This document shows, one piece after another, positions 30,636-40,137 of a stretch of DNA of 64,000 bases. Under the pieces are notes generated by a model. That model saw nothing but the letters and a program-made list of their open reading frames with translations. It made no database searches and was not told where the DNA came from. Position 1 is the first letter of the stretch; every line of letters begins with the position of its first letter. The DNA is from Armatimonadota bacterium (lineage in GTDB: Bacteria; Vulcanimicrobiota; JACPDS01; JBDRKI01), in NCBI GenBank assembly GCA_043814095.1, contig JBDRKI010000102.1:84308-148307 (forward strand). Direction: 5' to 3'. A program made the translations under genes and the position numbers.

Positions 30636-31844
30636 TTATTCTTTACTTCCGGCTAATATATCAATAACCCTGTCAAAAGCACTCTCATACCGGCTGTAAA
30701 CATCTTCCAGTTTATGACTCATTTTAACAAGCTCCTGCGGGTTATTAAGATAAACCTTGACTTTGCTGTATATCTCTTCAACGGTAAGATCTTTAACTAA
30801 CTCCGGTACAATATATTCTCCCGCGAGTATATTGGGTTGAGCTGTAAACCCGTAGGTTTTCGCGAATTTCCTTATTAAGTGATACTTAATTTTTCTGCCG
30901 ACCCCTCCCAGATAATCCAGCAATCCCGCAAGACCGAAATAAGGGATAAGTTCAGCCCTGTTTAAAGGAACAATAGTAAGCATGGGTATGCCCAGCGCCC
31001 CTAACTGCGCGGTTTTCGTCCCCGGGATGCAGACCGCGAAATGGGATTTTGCCATCTGCCGGTACTGGTTCTCTGAAACCAGCTCTATCTGAGCTCCCTC
31101 ATCCGACCTTAACTCTTTATTTTCTATATCCACCAATGTCCTTACACCTTTTAATTTTTCATCAGGCATAATGTACTGTTCTTCTAAAAATCTACTCTTT
31201 AAAAGATAGGGGGAAACAATAAGATTGAATCTTATGCCTTCAACTTCTTTTTTTAACATTGAAGCAACCTGCATAAATACGGGCGCTAATACTTTAAACT
31301 CTATCTCACGCGAACCCGGCAGAAAGCTTACGGTAAGCTCTTTATTCTTCATCCGGGTTTTATACGATTTCATGGCGTCATATATAAGGTCGCCGGCTGT
31401 AAATATTTTATCTTTTGATATTTTCTGGCTTAAGAGCCGATCTTTGTCCTTTTTATGTCTTACTAAATATCCCGTGAAATGTTTATCCCATAAAGGGTTT
31501 GCCCATATATAGGAGTACGCACTGCATTTTAAATTTCTTGCAAGCAGGGCCGCGTACATAATATCCCCGCCAAGATGGAGTATAACGGCATTGGAAGTAA
31601 AATATTTTGACTTTTTAAAGATTAAAGACCATATACTGCCCGGAGAAAATATTTTTACTACCCCTTCTATATGGGATGCAACTTCTTTCTCGGCTCCCGA
31701 TGAGAAAACGCACGGCAAAAGAACTATATATATTTCTGTGTGAGGATATATTTCTTTTATCTTCTTAATAAGAGGCTCAGCCCAGCCAGAGATCTCCCCC
31801 GGGCTGTTGGCGGTAATTATAATGCTTTCTAATTCTTTTCTCAT
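30636..31844 (-). CDS. Lipid-A-disaccharide synthase (LpxB)-like glycosyltransferase
   Basis: ANSPGEISGW, FLPGSR, PGT, PNILAG...VPEL; downstream of ADP-heptose genes. Confidence 0.7.
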   Translation of the reverse strand: MRKELESIIITANSPGEISGWAEPLIKKIKEIYPHTEIYIVLLPCVFSSGAEKEVASHIEGVVKIFSPGSIWSLIFKKSKYFTSNAVILHLGGDIMYAALLARNLKCSAYSYIWANPLWDKHFTGYLVRHKKDKDRLLSQKISKDKIFTAGDLIYDAMKSYKTRMKNKELTVSFLPGSREIEFKVLAPVFMQVASMLKKEVEGIRFNLIVSPYLLKSRFLEEQYIMPDEKLKGVRTLVDIENKELRSDEGAQIELVSENQYRQMAKSHFAVCIPGTKTAQLGALGIPMLTIVPLNRAELIPYFGLAGLLDYLGGVGRKIKYHLIRKFAKTYGFTAQPNILAGEYIVPELVKDLTVEEIYSKVKVYLNNPQELVKMSHKLEDVYSRYESAFDRVIDILAGSKE

Positions 31845-32320
31845 ATTCCGATCTTCTTAAGTTTTTTTATTATATTCGTTGTGGAAAACCCCGGTATATA
31901 TTTAACTATCTTTACCTTCCCTCCGTACATAGCTACGATTTTAGCCTCGGGAAGCTCACCGGGCGTATAATCCCCGCCCTTTACGTGAATATCAGGCTTT
32001 AGTTCTCCTATAAGCTTCTCCGGCGTATCTTCATTGAATATAATTACATAGTCAACAGATACAAGCCCCGATAAAGCTTTTGCTCTTTCTTTTTGCGAGA
32101 ATAACGGCCTGTCTTTTCCTTTAAGTTTTTTTACGGACAAATCGCTGTTTAACCCTATAATAAGAGTATCCCCGTAAGACTTAGCTTTCTCAAGATAACT
32201 TATATGCCCCACATGCAGTATATCAAAACACCCGTTTGTAAATACAATCTTACCGCCCTGTTTCTTAAGCTTTGATATTATGCTTTTTAAGGCTTTCGGC
32301 GTTTTTAACTTTTTATTCAT
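31841..32320 (-). CDS. hldC: D-glycero-beta-D-manno-heptose 1-phosphate adenylyltransferase (RfaE domain II)
   Basis: FTNGCFDILHVGH, GLNSD.SV..LKG, KGGDY, STTNII. Confidence 0.93.
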   Translation of the reverse strand: MNKKLKTPKALKSIISKLKKQGGKIVFTNGCFDILHVGHISYLEKAKSYGDTLIIGLNSDLSVKKLKGKDRPLFSQKERAKALSGLVSVDYVIIFNEDTPEKLIGELKPDIHVKGGDYTPGELPEAKIVAMYGGKVKIVKYIPGFSTTNIIKKLKKIGI

Positions 32321-32338
32321 AAAATAAGCCCCTGTATA

Positions 32339-33322
32339 TTATTTAAGTACTTCTTTCAGTTCATCTGTCGTAACTGTGGCGGTTCCCACCTTGCGTACAA
32401 CTATAGAAGCGGCGTAATTTGATAAAACAGCGGCATCCTTAACAGACGCGCCCGAAGCTACTGCCAGCGAGAATACGGAAACAACCGTATCTCCAGCTCC
32501 GCTTACATCATAAACCTGGCTCGCGAGCGCGGGAACATGAACGGGCTTCTTTCCTTTTTCAAATATGCTCATACCTTCCTCACCGCGCGTAATTATTATG
32601 GCTCCGGCACAAGTTCTGTCTAAAAGAGCCTGGCCCGCTTTAAATAAGCTTTTCTCGTCCTTTATGGTTATGCCTGAGGCGCTTGCCGCTTCGGATTTAT
32701 TTAAGGATATGCAGTCCGCGTCTTTAAATAAATCTATGTTCACAGGCTTGGGTCCCGCGATAATTTTAACTTTTGATTTTCTGCATTTTGAAATAAGCTC
32801 ATCAACAAATTCTTTGCAGAGCATCCCCTTAGCGTAATCCGATATAAGGACGGCATCATAGCTTTTAATATTGCCGTCAATTTTCACAAGAAGCTGGTCA
32901 ATTGTATTTTTCGGCACAGCTGCTATTTTTTCATAATCAGTCCTTACAACCTGCTGGTTATGAGCGACTATCCTTGTTTTTAACGTGGTAGGCCTTCCTT
33001 TATCCTCCACAATACCTTTTACGTCAACTCCCTTAGCTCTAAGATCTTTTTTAAGAAGCTTCCCTATAAAGTCTTTACCTATAACCCCGCTCAAGCTCAC
33101 CTTTGCCCCGAGCGCGCATAAATTATTAACCACATTGGCGGCTCCTCCCGGGGTAAAAGAATATGAATCAACTTCAACTACCGGTACGGGGGCTTCCGGG
33201 GAAATCCTGTTTACGGTTCCCCATACCCAGTAATCCATCATACAGTCCCCTATAACCAGTACCTTAAGCGTCTTAAAAGAAGAAAGTATATTTTTTAGTT
33301 TTTTCTTATCCATAACAACCAC
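32339..33322 (-). CDS. hldA: D-glycero-beta-D-manno-heptose-7-phosphate kinase (RfaE domain I)
   Basis: RISPEAPVPV, GGAANV, SDYAKG, DVSGAGDT. Confidence 0.93.
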   Translation of the reverse strand: MVVMDKKKLKNILSSFKTLKVLVIGDCMMDYWVWGTVNRISPEAPVPVVEVDSYSFTPGGAANVVNNLCALGAKVSLSGVIGKDFIGKLLKKDLRAKGVDVKGIVEDKGRPTTLKTRIVAHNQQVVRTDYEKIAAVPKNTIDQLLVKIDGNIKSYDAVLISDYAKGMLCKEFVDELISKCRKSKVKIIAGPKPVNIDLFKDADCISLNKSEAASASGITIKDEKSLFKAGQALLDRTCAGAIIITRGEEGMSIFEKGKKPVHVPALASQVYDVSGAGDTVVSVFSLAVASGASVKDAAVLSNYAASIVVRKVGTATVTTDELKEVLK

Positions 33323-33464
33323 CTGTATAATTTAAATAATGTAGAATAATAGTATTTATTATTATATACTATTTCAATATATATGAAAAGTATGACAAGT
33401 TAAATTTTGCAAAATATATTAAAATATGCTAAAATTTATCAATAAATTACATATGGAGTCAACT

Positions 33465-34988
33465 ATGAGCAAAGAGTATTACTATGTCACAACACCCATT
33501 TATTACGTAAACGCGGAACCCCATATAGGCCATACATATACCACTATAGTGGCGGATGTTATAAAAAAATACCGACAATTGAAGGGTGAGAAGGCTTTTT
33601 TCCTCACCGGCACCGATGAACACGGTTTAAAAATAGCCCAGTCAGCCCAGAAAGCAGGTAAAGACGTAAATGTTTTCTGTGATGAGGTTGCTGAAAAATA
33701 TAAACAAGCCTGGAATAAATTAAGCTTTGATTATGATAATTTTATCCGTACAACCGATCCCGAACACGAAGAATGTGTAAAAATTATCCTCCAGAAATTA
33801 TATGATAAGGGCTATATATACAAAAGCAAGTATGAAGGATTATACTGCGTCGGATGCGAGAAATATCTCGGAGAAGACGATCTTGCAGACGGCTTATGCC
33901 CGGACCACAGAACAAAACCTGAAACTTTAGAAGAAGAAAATTATTTCTTTAAGCTCTCCGCATTTCAGGATAAACTAATTGAACTTATAGAAAAAGACGA
34001 AATTAAGATAATGCCCGATATAAGAAAAAACGAAGTTTTGGGTAAACTCAGACTGGGGCTTGAGGATATAAGTATATCAAGGTCTCACTTAAAATGGGGT
34101 GTAAACCTCCCCTTTGACGAATCACAGATCGCGTATGTATGGATAGACGCTCTTGTAAATTACTTATCGGGAATAGGATATAATTCCGATAACGAGTTAT
34201 TCAATAAAGTATGGCCTGCCGATATACACCTCTTAGCAAAAGATATTCTGTGGTTCCACTGCATTATATGGCCTGCGGTACTATTAGCGGTTGACCTTCC
34301 CCTTCCTAAATCACTGTTTGTACACGGCTTTTTTACGGTCAATAACCAGAAGATAAGCAAGACACTGGGAAACATAATTGACCCTGTAGCTTTATCGGAA
34401 GAATTCGGCATAGATGTTGTAAGATATTTTATGTTAAGGGAAGCAACTTTCGGGCTTGATTATGATTTCTCGGAAGAAGCCATAAAAAGAAGATTAAACA
34501 CCGATCTTGCCAATGACTTAGGCAATCTATTAAACAGGTCAGTCTCCATGGCGGGTAAATACTTTGAAGGCAGAATAGTAAAAAAAGAAGACGGTGAACT
34601 TCTAGATAAAGAAATATCTCTTCTGGCAGAAGAAATAAAAAAAGAATACATAACTTTTATGGATGAGCTTGCTTTAAGGCAGGCCTTGGAATCCGTATGG
34701 AAGCTTGTCGTAAGGTTAAACAGGTATGTTGAAGAGACCGCCCCCTGGAAATTATCTAAAGAAGGCAATACAGAGAGATTAAATACCGTAATGTATAACC
34801 TCATAGAGGGCTTAAGGCATATATCAATACTTATATACCCTATTATGCCTCATGCCGCGCAGAATATATGGACCCAGTTAGGATTAAAAGATAATGTGAA
34901 AGATCAGTGTATAAACAGCTTGAAATGGGGCCAGATTGAAGAAACAATCATTGTAAAAGGCGAACCGTTATTTAAAAAGGCAGAGTAA
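33465..34988 (+). CDS. metG: Methionyl-tRNA synthetase (short form)
   Basis: YYVNAEPHIGH, TGTDEHG, YVWIDAL, KISKT; no C-terminal tRNA-binding appendage. Confidence 0.97.
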   Translation: MSKEYYYVTTPIYYVNAEPHIGHTYTTIVADVIKKYRQLKGEKAFFLTGTDEHGLKIAQSAQKAGKDVNVFCDEVAEKYKQAWNKLSFDYDNFIRTTDPEHEECVKIILQKLYDKGYIYKSKYEGLYCVGCEKYLGEDDLADGLCPDHRTKPETLEEENYFFKLSAFQDKLIELIEKDEIKIMPDIRKNEVLGKLRLGLEDISISRSHLKWGVNLPFDESQIAYVWIDALVNYLSGIGYNSDNELFNKVWPADIHLLAKDILWFHCIIWPAVLLAVDLPLPKSLFVHGFFTVNNQKISKTLGNIIDPVALSEEFGIDVVRYFMLREATFGLDYDFSEEAIKRRLNTDLANDLGNLLNRSVSMAGKYFEGRIVKKEDGELLDKEISLLAEEIKKEYITFMDELALRQALESVWKLVVRLNRYVEETAPWKLSKEGNTERLNTVMYNLIEGLRHISILIYPIMPHAAQNIWTQLGLKDNVKDQCINSLKWGQIEETIIVKGEPLFKKAE

Positions 34989-34998
34989 GAATATAATT

Positions 34999-35754
34999 AT
35001 GTTTATAGATACCCACATACATCTTGATTCAAAAGAATATGAGAATGACCTGGAAGAAGTATTAAGTAAAGCCGGGGAAAAAGAGGTTGAATACTGTATA
35101 AATCCCGGCTCTGATTTAAGGTCTTTAGATACAATACCCCGGATATCAGAAAAATATCCCCAGATCCTCCCTGCATACGGGATACATCCCCATGACGCCA
35201 AAGATTTCAATGATAATCTATATTCTAAAATAAAAACTATGCTCCAGGAAAAAGCTGTAGCTGTAGGCGAAACAGGATTAGATTTTCATTATAATTTCAG
35301 TGAACCTCAAATACAAAAAGAAGTCTTTTTAAAACACATAAACCTGAGTAAAGAGTTTGACCTTCCTTTAATAATACACTCAAGAAAAGCGGAAGAAGAT
35401 ATATATAACCTGCTAAAAAAGGAAAATATGAAAAAAGGCGTCATACACTGTTATTCAGGATCACTTGAATACGCTGAAAAGTTCATCAATCTCGGTTTCT
35501 ATATAGGAATAACGGGAGTTGTGACTTTCCCTAAAGCTGAGAATATAAGGGATATTGTTAAAAATATACCTTTAGAACGCATATTAACCGAGACTGACGG
35601 CCCTTATATGGCTCCTGTCCCCCATAGGGGCAAAAGGAACCTACCTGAATACATACCCTTTATTGCAGAAAAGATAACCCAAATAAAAGAAAAAAACCTT
35701 GAAGTAATTCAAGGTCAATTATTTGAAAACGCTAAGGATTTATTTGGATTTTAA
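34999..35754 (+). CDS. tatD: TatD-family nuclease
   Basis: DTHIH, GIHPH, GETGLD, HSR, HCY, ETDGPY. Confidence 0.95.
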   Translation: MFIDTHIHLDSKEYENDLEEVLSKAGEKEVEYCINPGSDLRSLDTIPRISEKYPQILPAYGIHPHDAKDFNDNLYSKIKTMLQEKAVAVGETGLDFHYNFSEPQIQKEVFLKHINLSKEFDLPLIIHSRKAEEDIYNLLKKENMKKGVIHCYSGSLEYAEKFINLGFYIGITGVVTFPKAENIRDIVKNIPLERILTETDGPYMAPVPHRGKRNLPEYIPFIAEKITQIKEKNLEVIQGQLFENAKDLFGF

Positions 35755-36104
35755 TACATCCCAAGATGAATTAAAAGGGCATTTTCCACCTCTTTCATTT
35801 TTTCTTCGGAAATAGTAGAAAGATGTTTAATAAGCCGGTTTTTATCTACAGTCCTTATTTGATTGCACTTAAATTTTGAATTTTTAGATAAACCCGATTC
35901 TTCTTTAGAAATTTCCATTTCATATATAAAAACTTTGCCGATTTTGGAAGTCATAGGTATAAGGGTTAAAGTAGGCGCAAATTTATTATTCATATCTTGA
36001 GAAATTATTAAGGCAGACCTTGTTTTTTTTATCTCATGACCCTTGGCAGGGTCTAATGCGCTTAGCCAAATCTGCCCCCGTTTAGGATAATCCATATTAT
36101 TCAT
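35751..36104 (-). CDS. mazF: MazF/PemK-family endoribonuclease toxin
   Basis: RGQIW..LDP..GHEIKKTR, QIRTVDKNRL. Confidence 0.9.
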   Translation of the reverse strand: MNNMDYPKRGQIWLSALDPAKGHEIKKTRSALIISQDMNNKFAPTLTLIPMTSKIGKVFIYEMEISKEESGLSKNSKFKCNQIRTVDKNRLIKHLSTISEEKMKEVENALLIHLGMY

Positions 36105-36258
36105 CCCAACCTTCCAAAGTTGCAGCTTCCCATTCTGCGTTAATTTCTTTATCTTCTTCCTGAGTACTCGTATATCCCTCTATCAAAAGCCTATCTATTT
36201 CTTCCCTTTTAATTTGCCTTATTTTCTCTTTAACCGCCTCGGCAATAAAGCGGCTCAT
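36097..36258 (-). pseudogene. N-terminally truncated ribbon-helix-helix (MazE/CopG-type) antitoxin, 53 aa; not in ORF track
   Basis: MSRFIAEAVKEKIRQIKREEIDRLLIEGYTSTQEEDKEINAEWEAATLEGWDE; overlaps mazF start; lacks the RHH beta-strand and first helix, and has no RBS. Confidence 0.7.
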
Positions 36259-36324
36259 AAAAAATACTGTATTGTCAATGCGTATTTATTAAAATAATTA
36301 CAAAAAAGCATTAAAAATAAGGGT

Positions 36325-37281
36325 TTATTTGGATTTTTTGTTTGATTTTATATTTTCTATTACAGTACCAAGAATTAACAAGGTACATTCATCAGTTGCT
36401 TCAGTTCTTGCCTCTTCAAGATATGGTATAGCTGATTTATCCATATTATTAAGATAATAAAATGCCGGCATAGTTATAAAAGGTATATCTGTTTTATTAA
36501 AAGTCCATATTATTGCAGGAACCGCACTATCAGGTTTATATTTCCAAACCTTACCCAAAGTAAGCAGGGCCGCTCTTCTTACATATAAACTTTTATCTGT
36601 TTTAAGTATCCTGCAAAGATCAGGGATATCAGACTTAACCGAAGCACCCTCATAACGCAAATCATATATAGCGCATGCGCGCTTTACTTCATTTAAATTA
36701 GTATTTTTGGCAATAGCCATAAGCTGTTTCGGACTATCTCTTCTTTCTACAGAATAAAATATTGTAGATTCTATTCTTAATAAGCTATCGGAGATTACAT
36801 CTGTTATATCGGGAGCTAATATTTTCTCAGAACTGCAGATTGCGGGTATTGCAAGCTCGGGATTATAATGACCCAGACTGCCTAAAGCGATAATTACCAC
36901 CCTTTTTATACTCTGGTTTTGATCTGTTTTCAAGATTCTGCAAAGATGAGGAATTGCTTTACCTGCCGCAGGCCCTTTATTGCATAAGCCTAATATTGCC
37001 CGCATGCGTTCAATTTCTTTTATATTATCATTTTTTGCTATCTCTATAAGTTTTGGAACGGCATCCTCTGCTTCTATACCCATATCCCTTAATTTATCAA
37101 GCGCATTCCTGCGGGTAACACCGAAATTAAGCATTTTAATAAGCACATTAACTCTCTTTTTATAGGATTCCTTAATTGTATTTTTTACACAGTTACTTCT
37201 TTTATCAAATTCCTTGACTATGGTTGAGTTTGATTGGAAATCTGATATATTTTTATATGTATTAACTATCTTGGTACCCAT
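36325..37281 (-). CDS. HEAT (PBS-lyase-like) repeat protein
   Basis: Repeats such as AVPKLIEIAK, AIPHLCRILKTD..IKRVVIIALG, DIPDLCRILKTD..VRRAALLTLG. Confidence 0.8.
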   Translation of the reverse strand: MGTKIVNTYKNISDFQSNSTIVKEFDKRSNCVKNTIKESYKKRVNVLIKMLNFGVTRRNALDKLRDMGIEAEDAVPKLIEIAKNDNIKEIERMRAILGLCNKGPAAGKAIPHLCRILKTDQNQSIKRVVIIALGSLGHYNPELAIPAICSSEKILAPDITDVISDSLLRIESTIFYSVERRDSPKQLMAIAKNTNLNEVKRACAIYDLRYEGASVKSDIPDLCRILKTDKSLYVRRAALLTLGKVWKYKPDSAVPAIIWTFNKTDIPFITMPAFYYLNNMDKSAIPYLEEARTEATDECTLLILGTVIENIKSNKKSK

Positions 37282-37295
37282 AAATAAATTCCTTA

Positions 37296-39095
37296 TTACT
37301 TAGAATTGATCTTTATTAAAACCCTTTTAGCCATCCTGCGCAAGTCCGCATCAGGATTTGTTTTACTTATTCTTTCCAGATCCCTGATTATACCCGTATC
37401 TTTAAATTTTTTAATATAAGGTCCTATTTTATATACAACCCCGATTGCGGCAGCGCGCATTCCCGGTGATTCTTTTTTTTCTTTAATTACATCTAAAAGA
37501 GCTAAAACAACTTCTTCCGTAGGTTTTACCTTCTCGAACAGATATCCCAGCTCACTTATTGCATCAAATTTATCACGGCAGATTGCACCAGGCACATCTT
37601 CTCCCCTGAGTTTTGCAGCGCATACCTTCATCTTAACATATTCCCAGCCGTTTTTGTCTTTTAGTAATGTTTCAAAAGCATTAAATTTCAGGTTTTCATC
37701 TTCACCGGGATCATCTACTATAGCTAAGAGTATTTTTTTTGTTTCTTCGGGAAACTTACCTATCTCACCTATTGATATAATTATATTTAATCTGACTGCT
37801 TTCTTTTCACTTTTATTAATTAATATGGAATCATAAAAAGGAAGTGCAGGCTCTGCATATTTCCCAATATTGCATAACGTTTCTGAAGCTGCCTCGCGCA
37901 CATAAGAATTATCATCTTTAAGAGCTTCTGCGACAAGATAAACATTTGTTTTTTTATGTCCTGATATTCTACATAGCGTATTAAGCGCCTTACACCTTAT
38001 ATAAGGGTGATTTCCTTTTTTTGCTAACTTTTTAACCGCATCTTCCGCAAGATATGCTTTTCTCCTCAATTCCGCAAGACCAGCCAGGACATAACCGCAT
38101 GTAACAGGCTTTTTAGTGTCCAGTTTAGATATAAGCGGATATGTACTTTTCTCACCTATACTCACCAGTACCTTGACCGCCCAGGGGACACACTCTTCCT
38201 CATTCATTGCTTTTAAAAGAGAGTCTATTAACTTAACATCACCTTCTATCACTAAATCCTGTAAAGTTAAAAGTGATGCGCTGCGCAGCTCCCCTGACGA
38301 ATATTCAAGATTCCGGGCAATCTCAGGAAGACATATTCTTGCTTTAGGCCCGATACTTCCTAAAACTTTCGTGGCATTAATCCTTAAATAAAGGTTTTTT
38401 TTATCAGTTAGCATTCTTTTAAGTACGGGCACACTAGAAGAAGCATCTTCACCTATACCCATCAATATACTTGAAGCATATTCACTGTATGTGGTGTTAC
38501 TGCTTAATAAAAGCTTGAGCAGGTCCGGCACGGCAGGACGCCCTATATTAATTAAAGCATTACATATATGCTTTATTAAATCCAATCCCGCTTCTTTATG
38601 GCTCTTGCTGCTTTTATAAAGCAGTTTATCCAGCAATCCTAAATTTGACTTTAAAGCATTTATTAAAACAGGGATCGCAGGTTTGGCATAAATACCTAAC
38701 TTAGATATTTTTTCCGCCACCGCTGTTTTTTCTCTGATTGAAGTATTTTTACTTCCCAGCTTTGAAATAAATACATTGAGGTATTTTCTTGTAAATATGC
38801 GCTTTTTTACTTCCGATAGAACAGCTTTAGCTTTATCACGGTAAAGAACGATCCTACCGTTATCTCTATTTACTACATGGGTAAGCTCATTATCTAACAA
38901 TAACTCGGACAGTTTATACTGCTCTTTCTGTGTTAAAATTCCATCCTTAGGATTATTATCAAAATAATTAAATATTATTTTCCGTTCTTCCGACTTAAGA
39001 GAAGCTATATCAACCTTCTCAACACAGTAATCATTACATGCTAAAGGGATAACTTTTACTCTCTTATTAGCTATATTGCTTATTTTTAAACCCAC
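37296..39095 (-). CDS. HEAT-repeat protein with N-terminal EF-hand-like motif
   Basis: AIPVLINALKS, AVPDLLKLL, LKDDNSYVREAASETL; DNNPKDGILTQKE near the N-terminus. Confidence 0.8.
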   Translation of the reverse strand: MGLKISNIANKRVKVIPLACNDYCVEKVDIASLKSEERKIIFNYFDNNPKDGILTQKEQYKLSELLLDNELTHVVNRDNGRIVLYRDKAKAVLSEVKKRIFTRKYLNVFISKLGSKNTSIREKTAVAEKISKLGIYAKPAIPVLINALKSNLGLLDKLLYKSSKSHKEAGLDLIKHICNALINIGRPAVPDLLKLLLSSNTTYSEYASSILMGIGEDASSSVPVLKRMLTDKKNLYLRINATKVLGSIGPKARICLPEIARNLEYSSGELRSASLLTLQDLVIEGDVKLIDSLLKAMNEEECVPWAVKVLVSIGEKSTYPLISKLDTKKPVTCGYVLAGLAELRRKAYLAEDAVKKLAKKGNHPYIRCKALNTLCRISGHKKTNVYLVAEALKDDNSYVREAASETLCNIGKYAEPALPFYDSILINKSEKKAVRLNIIISIGEIGKFPEETKKILLAIVDDPGEDENLKFNAFETLLKDKNGWEYVKMKVCAAKLRGEDVPGAICRDKFDAISELGYLFEKVKPTEEVVLALLDVIKEKKESPGMRAAAIGVVYKIGPYIKKFKDTGIIRDLERISKTNPDADLRRMAKRVLIKINSK

Positions 39096-39961
39096 TAATA
39101 TGTCCTTACATTGTTAACTGTATATTCATTAACCTTCTTTAATAATTCCTGAGCGTATTTATATACAGGGTCATCTTTTTTTATGGATTTAAATATAGAA
39201 ATGATCCGGGGAGTGTCTTTTTTAGATATATTGGCGTATAAAGCATAACCCGCGGCTTCGCGTATATCTGCTTTCTCGTTCCCATCAGCAAATACTTTTG
39301 CAAGCGCTGACATAAGGTTTTTTAAGGAACTCAACATACCTCTTACTACTTCTATTGTTTCTAACCGGATTTCTTTATTCTGACCCGGATCAGTAATTAC
39401 TTTTGCAAGAATATTATCTACTCTTTTAGTGTAACGATCATCTTCCATAGACCTCATACGCTCTAATCCATGAGCCGCATACCTGCGAACAAGCATATCG
39501 TCCTTCGGGTTAATAAATACTTTTTTAAATGCAGTTATTACATCATCTCTTTTCGCATGATGTATGTGCTCTTCAGAAAGATATATATCAGTATCAGTTA
39601 TAGATTGTATTGCCGCTATGCGTATATTTGGTCTTTCTTTTGTATCTGTAACAACATTTAAAAGTATTCCCATTACTTTGGGATCCATATTATAAAATCT
39701 TGCAGTATAATCAGACAGCTTAATATTATGTATGTCAATACCTTCTGTTTTCACATAATCTTCCATTACATTTAAAACAGCTCTTACCTGGACTTCAAGA
39801 GGCAAAAAGTTTTTAAATTTATTATAATAGCCTTTAAGAGTGGTAACTTTTTTCCCTGTAGCTTTCTTACTCGTAGCGGCCGGTTCTCCGCAGTCTTCAC
39901 AGTCTTTACATCCTTTAGGCGAACATTGAGCAACAAGCATTCCTGTTTTATTAATATCCAT
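39095..39961 (-). CDS. HEAT-repeat-like protein with Cys-rich N-terminus
   Basis: IRIAAIQSI, VRRYAAHGL, IREAAGYAL repeats; CSPKGCKDCEDC. Confidence 0.65.
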   Translation of the reverse strand: MDINKTGMLVAQCSPKGCKDCEDCGEPAATSKKATGKKVTTLKGYYNKFKNFLPLEVQVRAVLNVMEDYVKTEGIDIHNIKLSDYTARFYNMDPKVMGILLNVVTDTKERPNIRIAAIQSITDTDIYLSEEHIHHAKRDDVITAFKKVFINPKDDMLVRRYAAHGLERMRSMEDDRYTKRVDNILAKVITDPGQNKEIRLETIEVVRGMLSSLKNLMSALAKVFADGNEKADIREAAGYALYANISKKDTPRIISIFKSIKKDDPVYKYAQELLKKVNEYTVNNVRTY

Positions 39962-40075
39962 AATTCCTCCTCATATTCTTAGATATATTGATATATATAG
40001 GGCTTATACTACATTATTATAATATCCTTTTAAATTATGTTAAAAAAATGTTAACTTTCCATCCCCTAAAAAATC

Positions 40076-40114
40076 AAATAAGGCCTCAAAAATTGAACTT
40101 TTAAGGCCTTATTT
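40076..40114 (-). terminator. Probable terminator after FAD oxidoreductase gene
   Basis: AAATAAGGCCT...AGGCCTTATTT inverted repeat. Confidence 0.55.
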
Positions 40115-40137
40115 AACAATATCAATTAAAATATTTA

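Noticed and set aside
34348-34365. MetG KISKT instead of KMSKS
   Set aside because: Conservative variant within the natural range of class I synthetases
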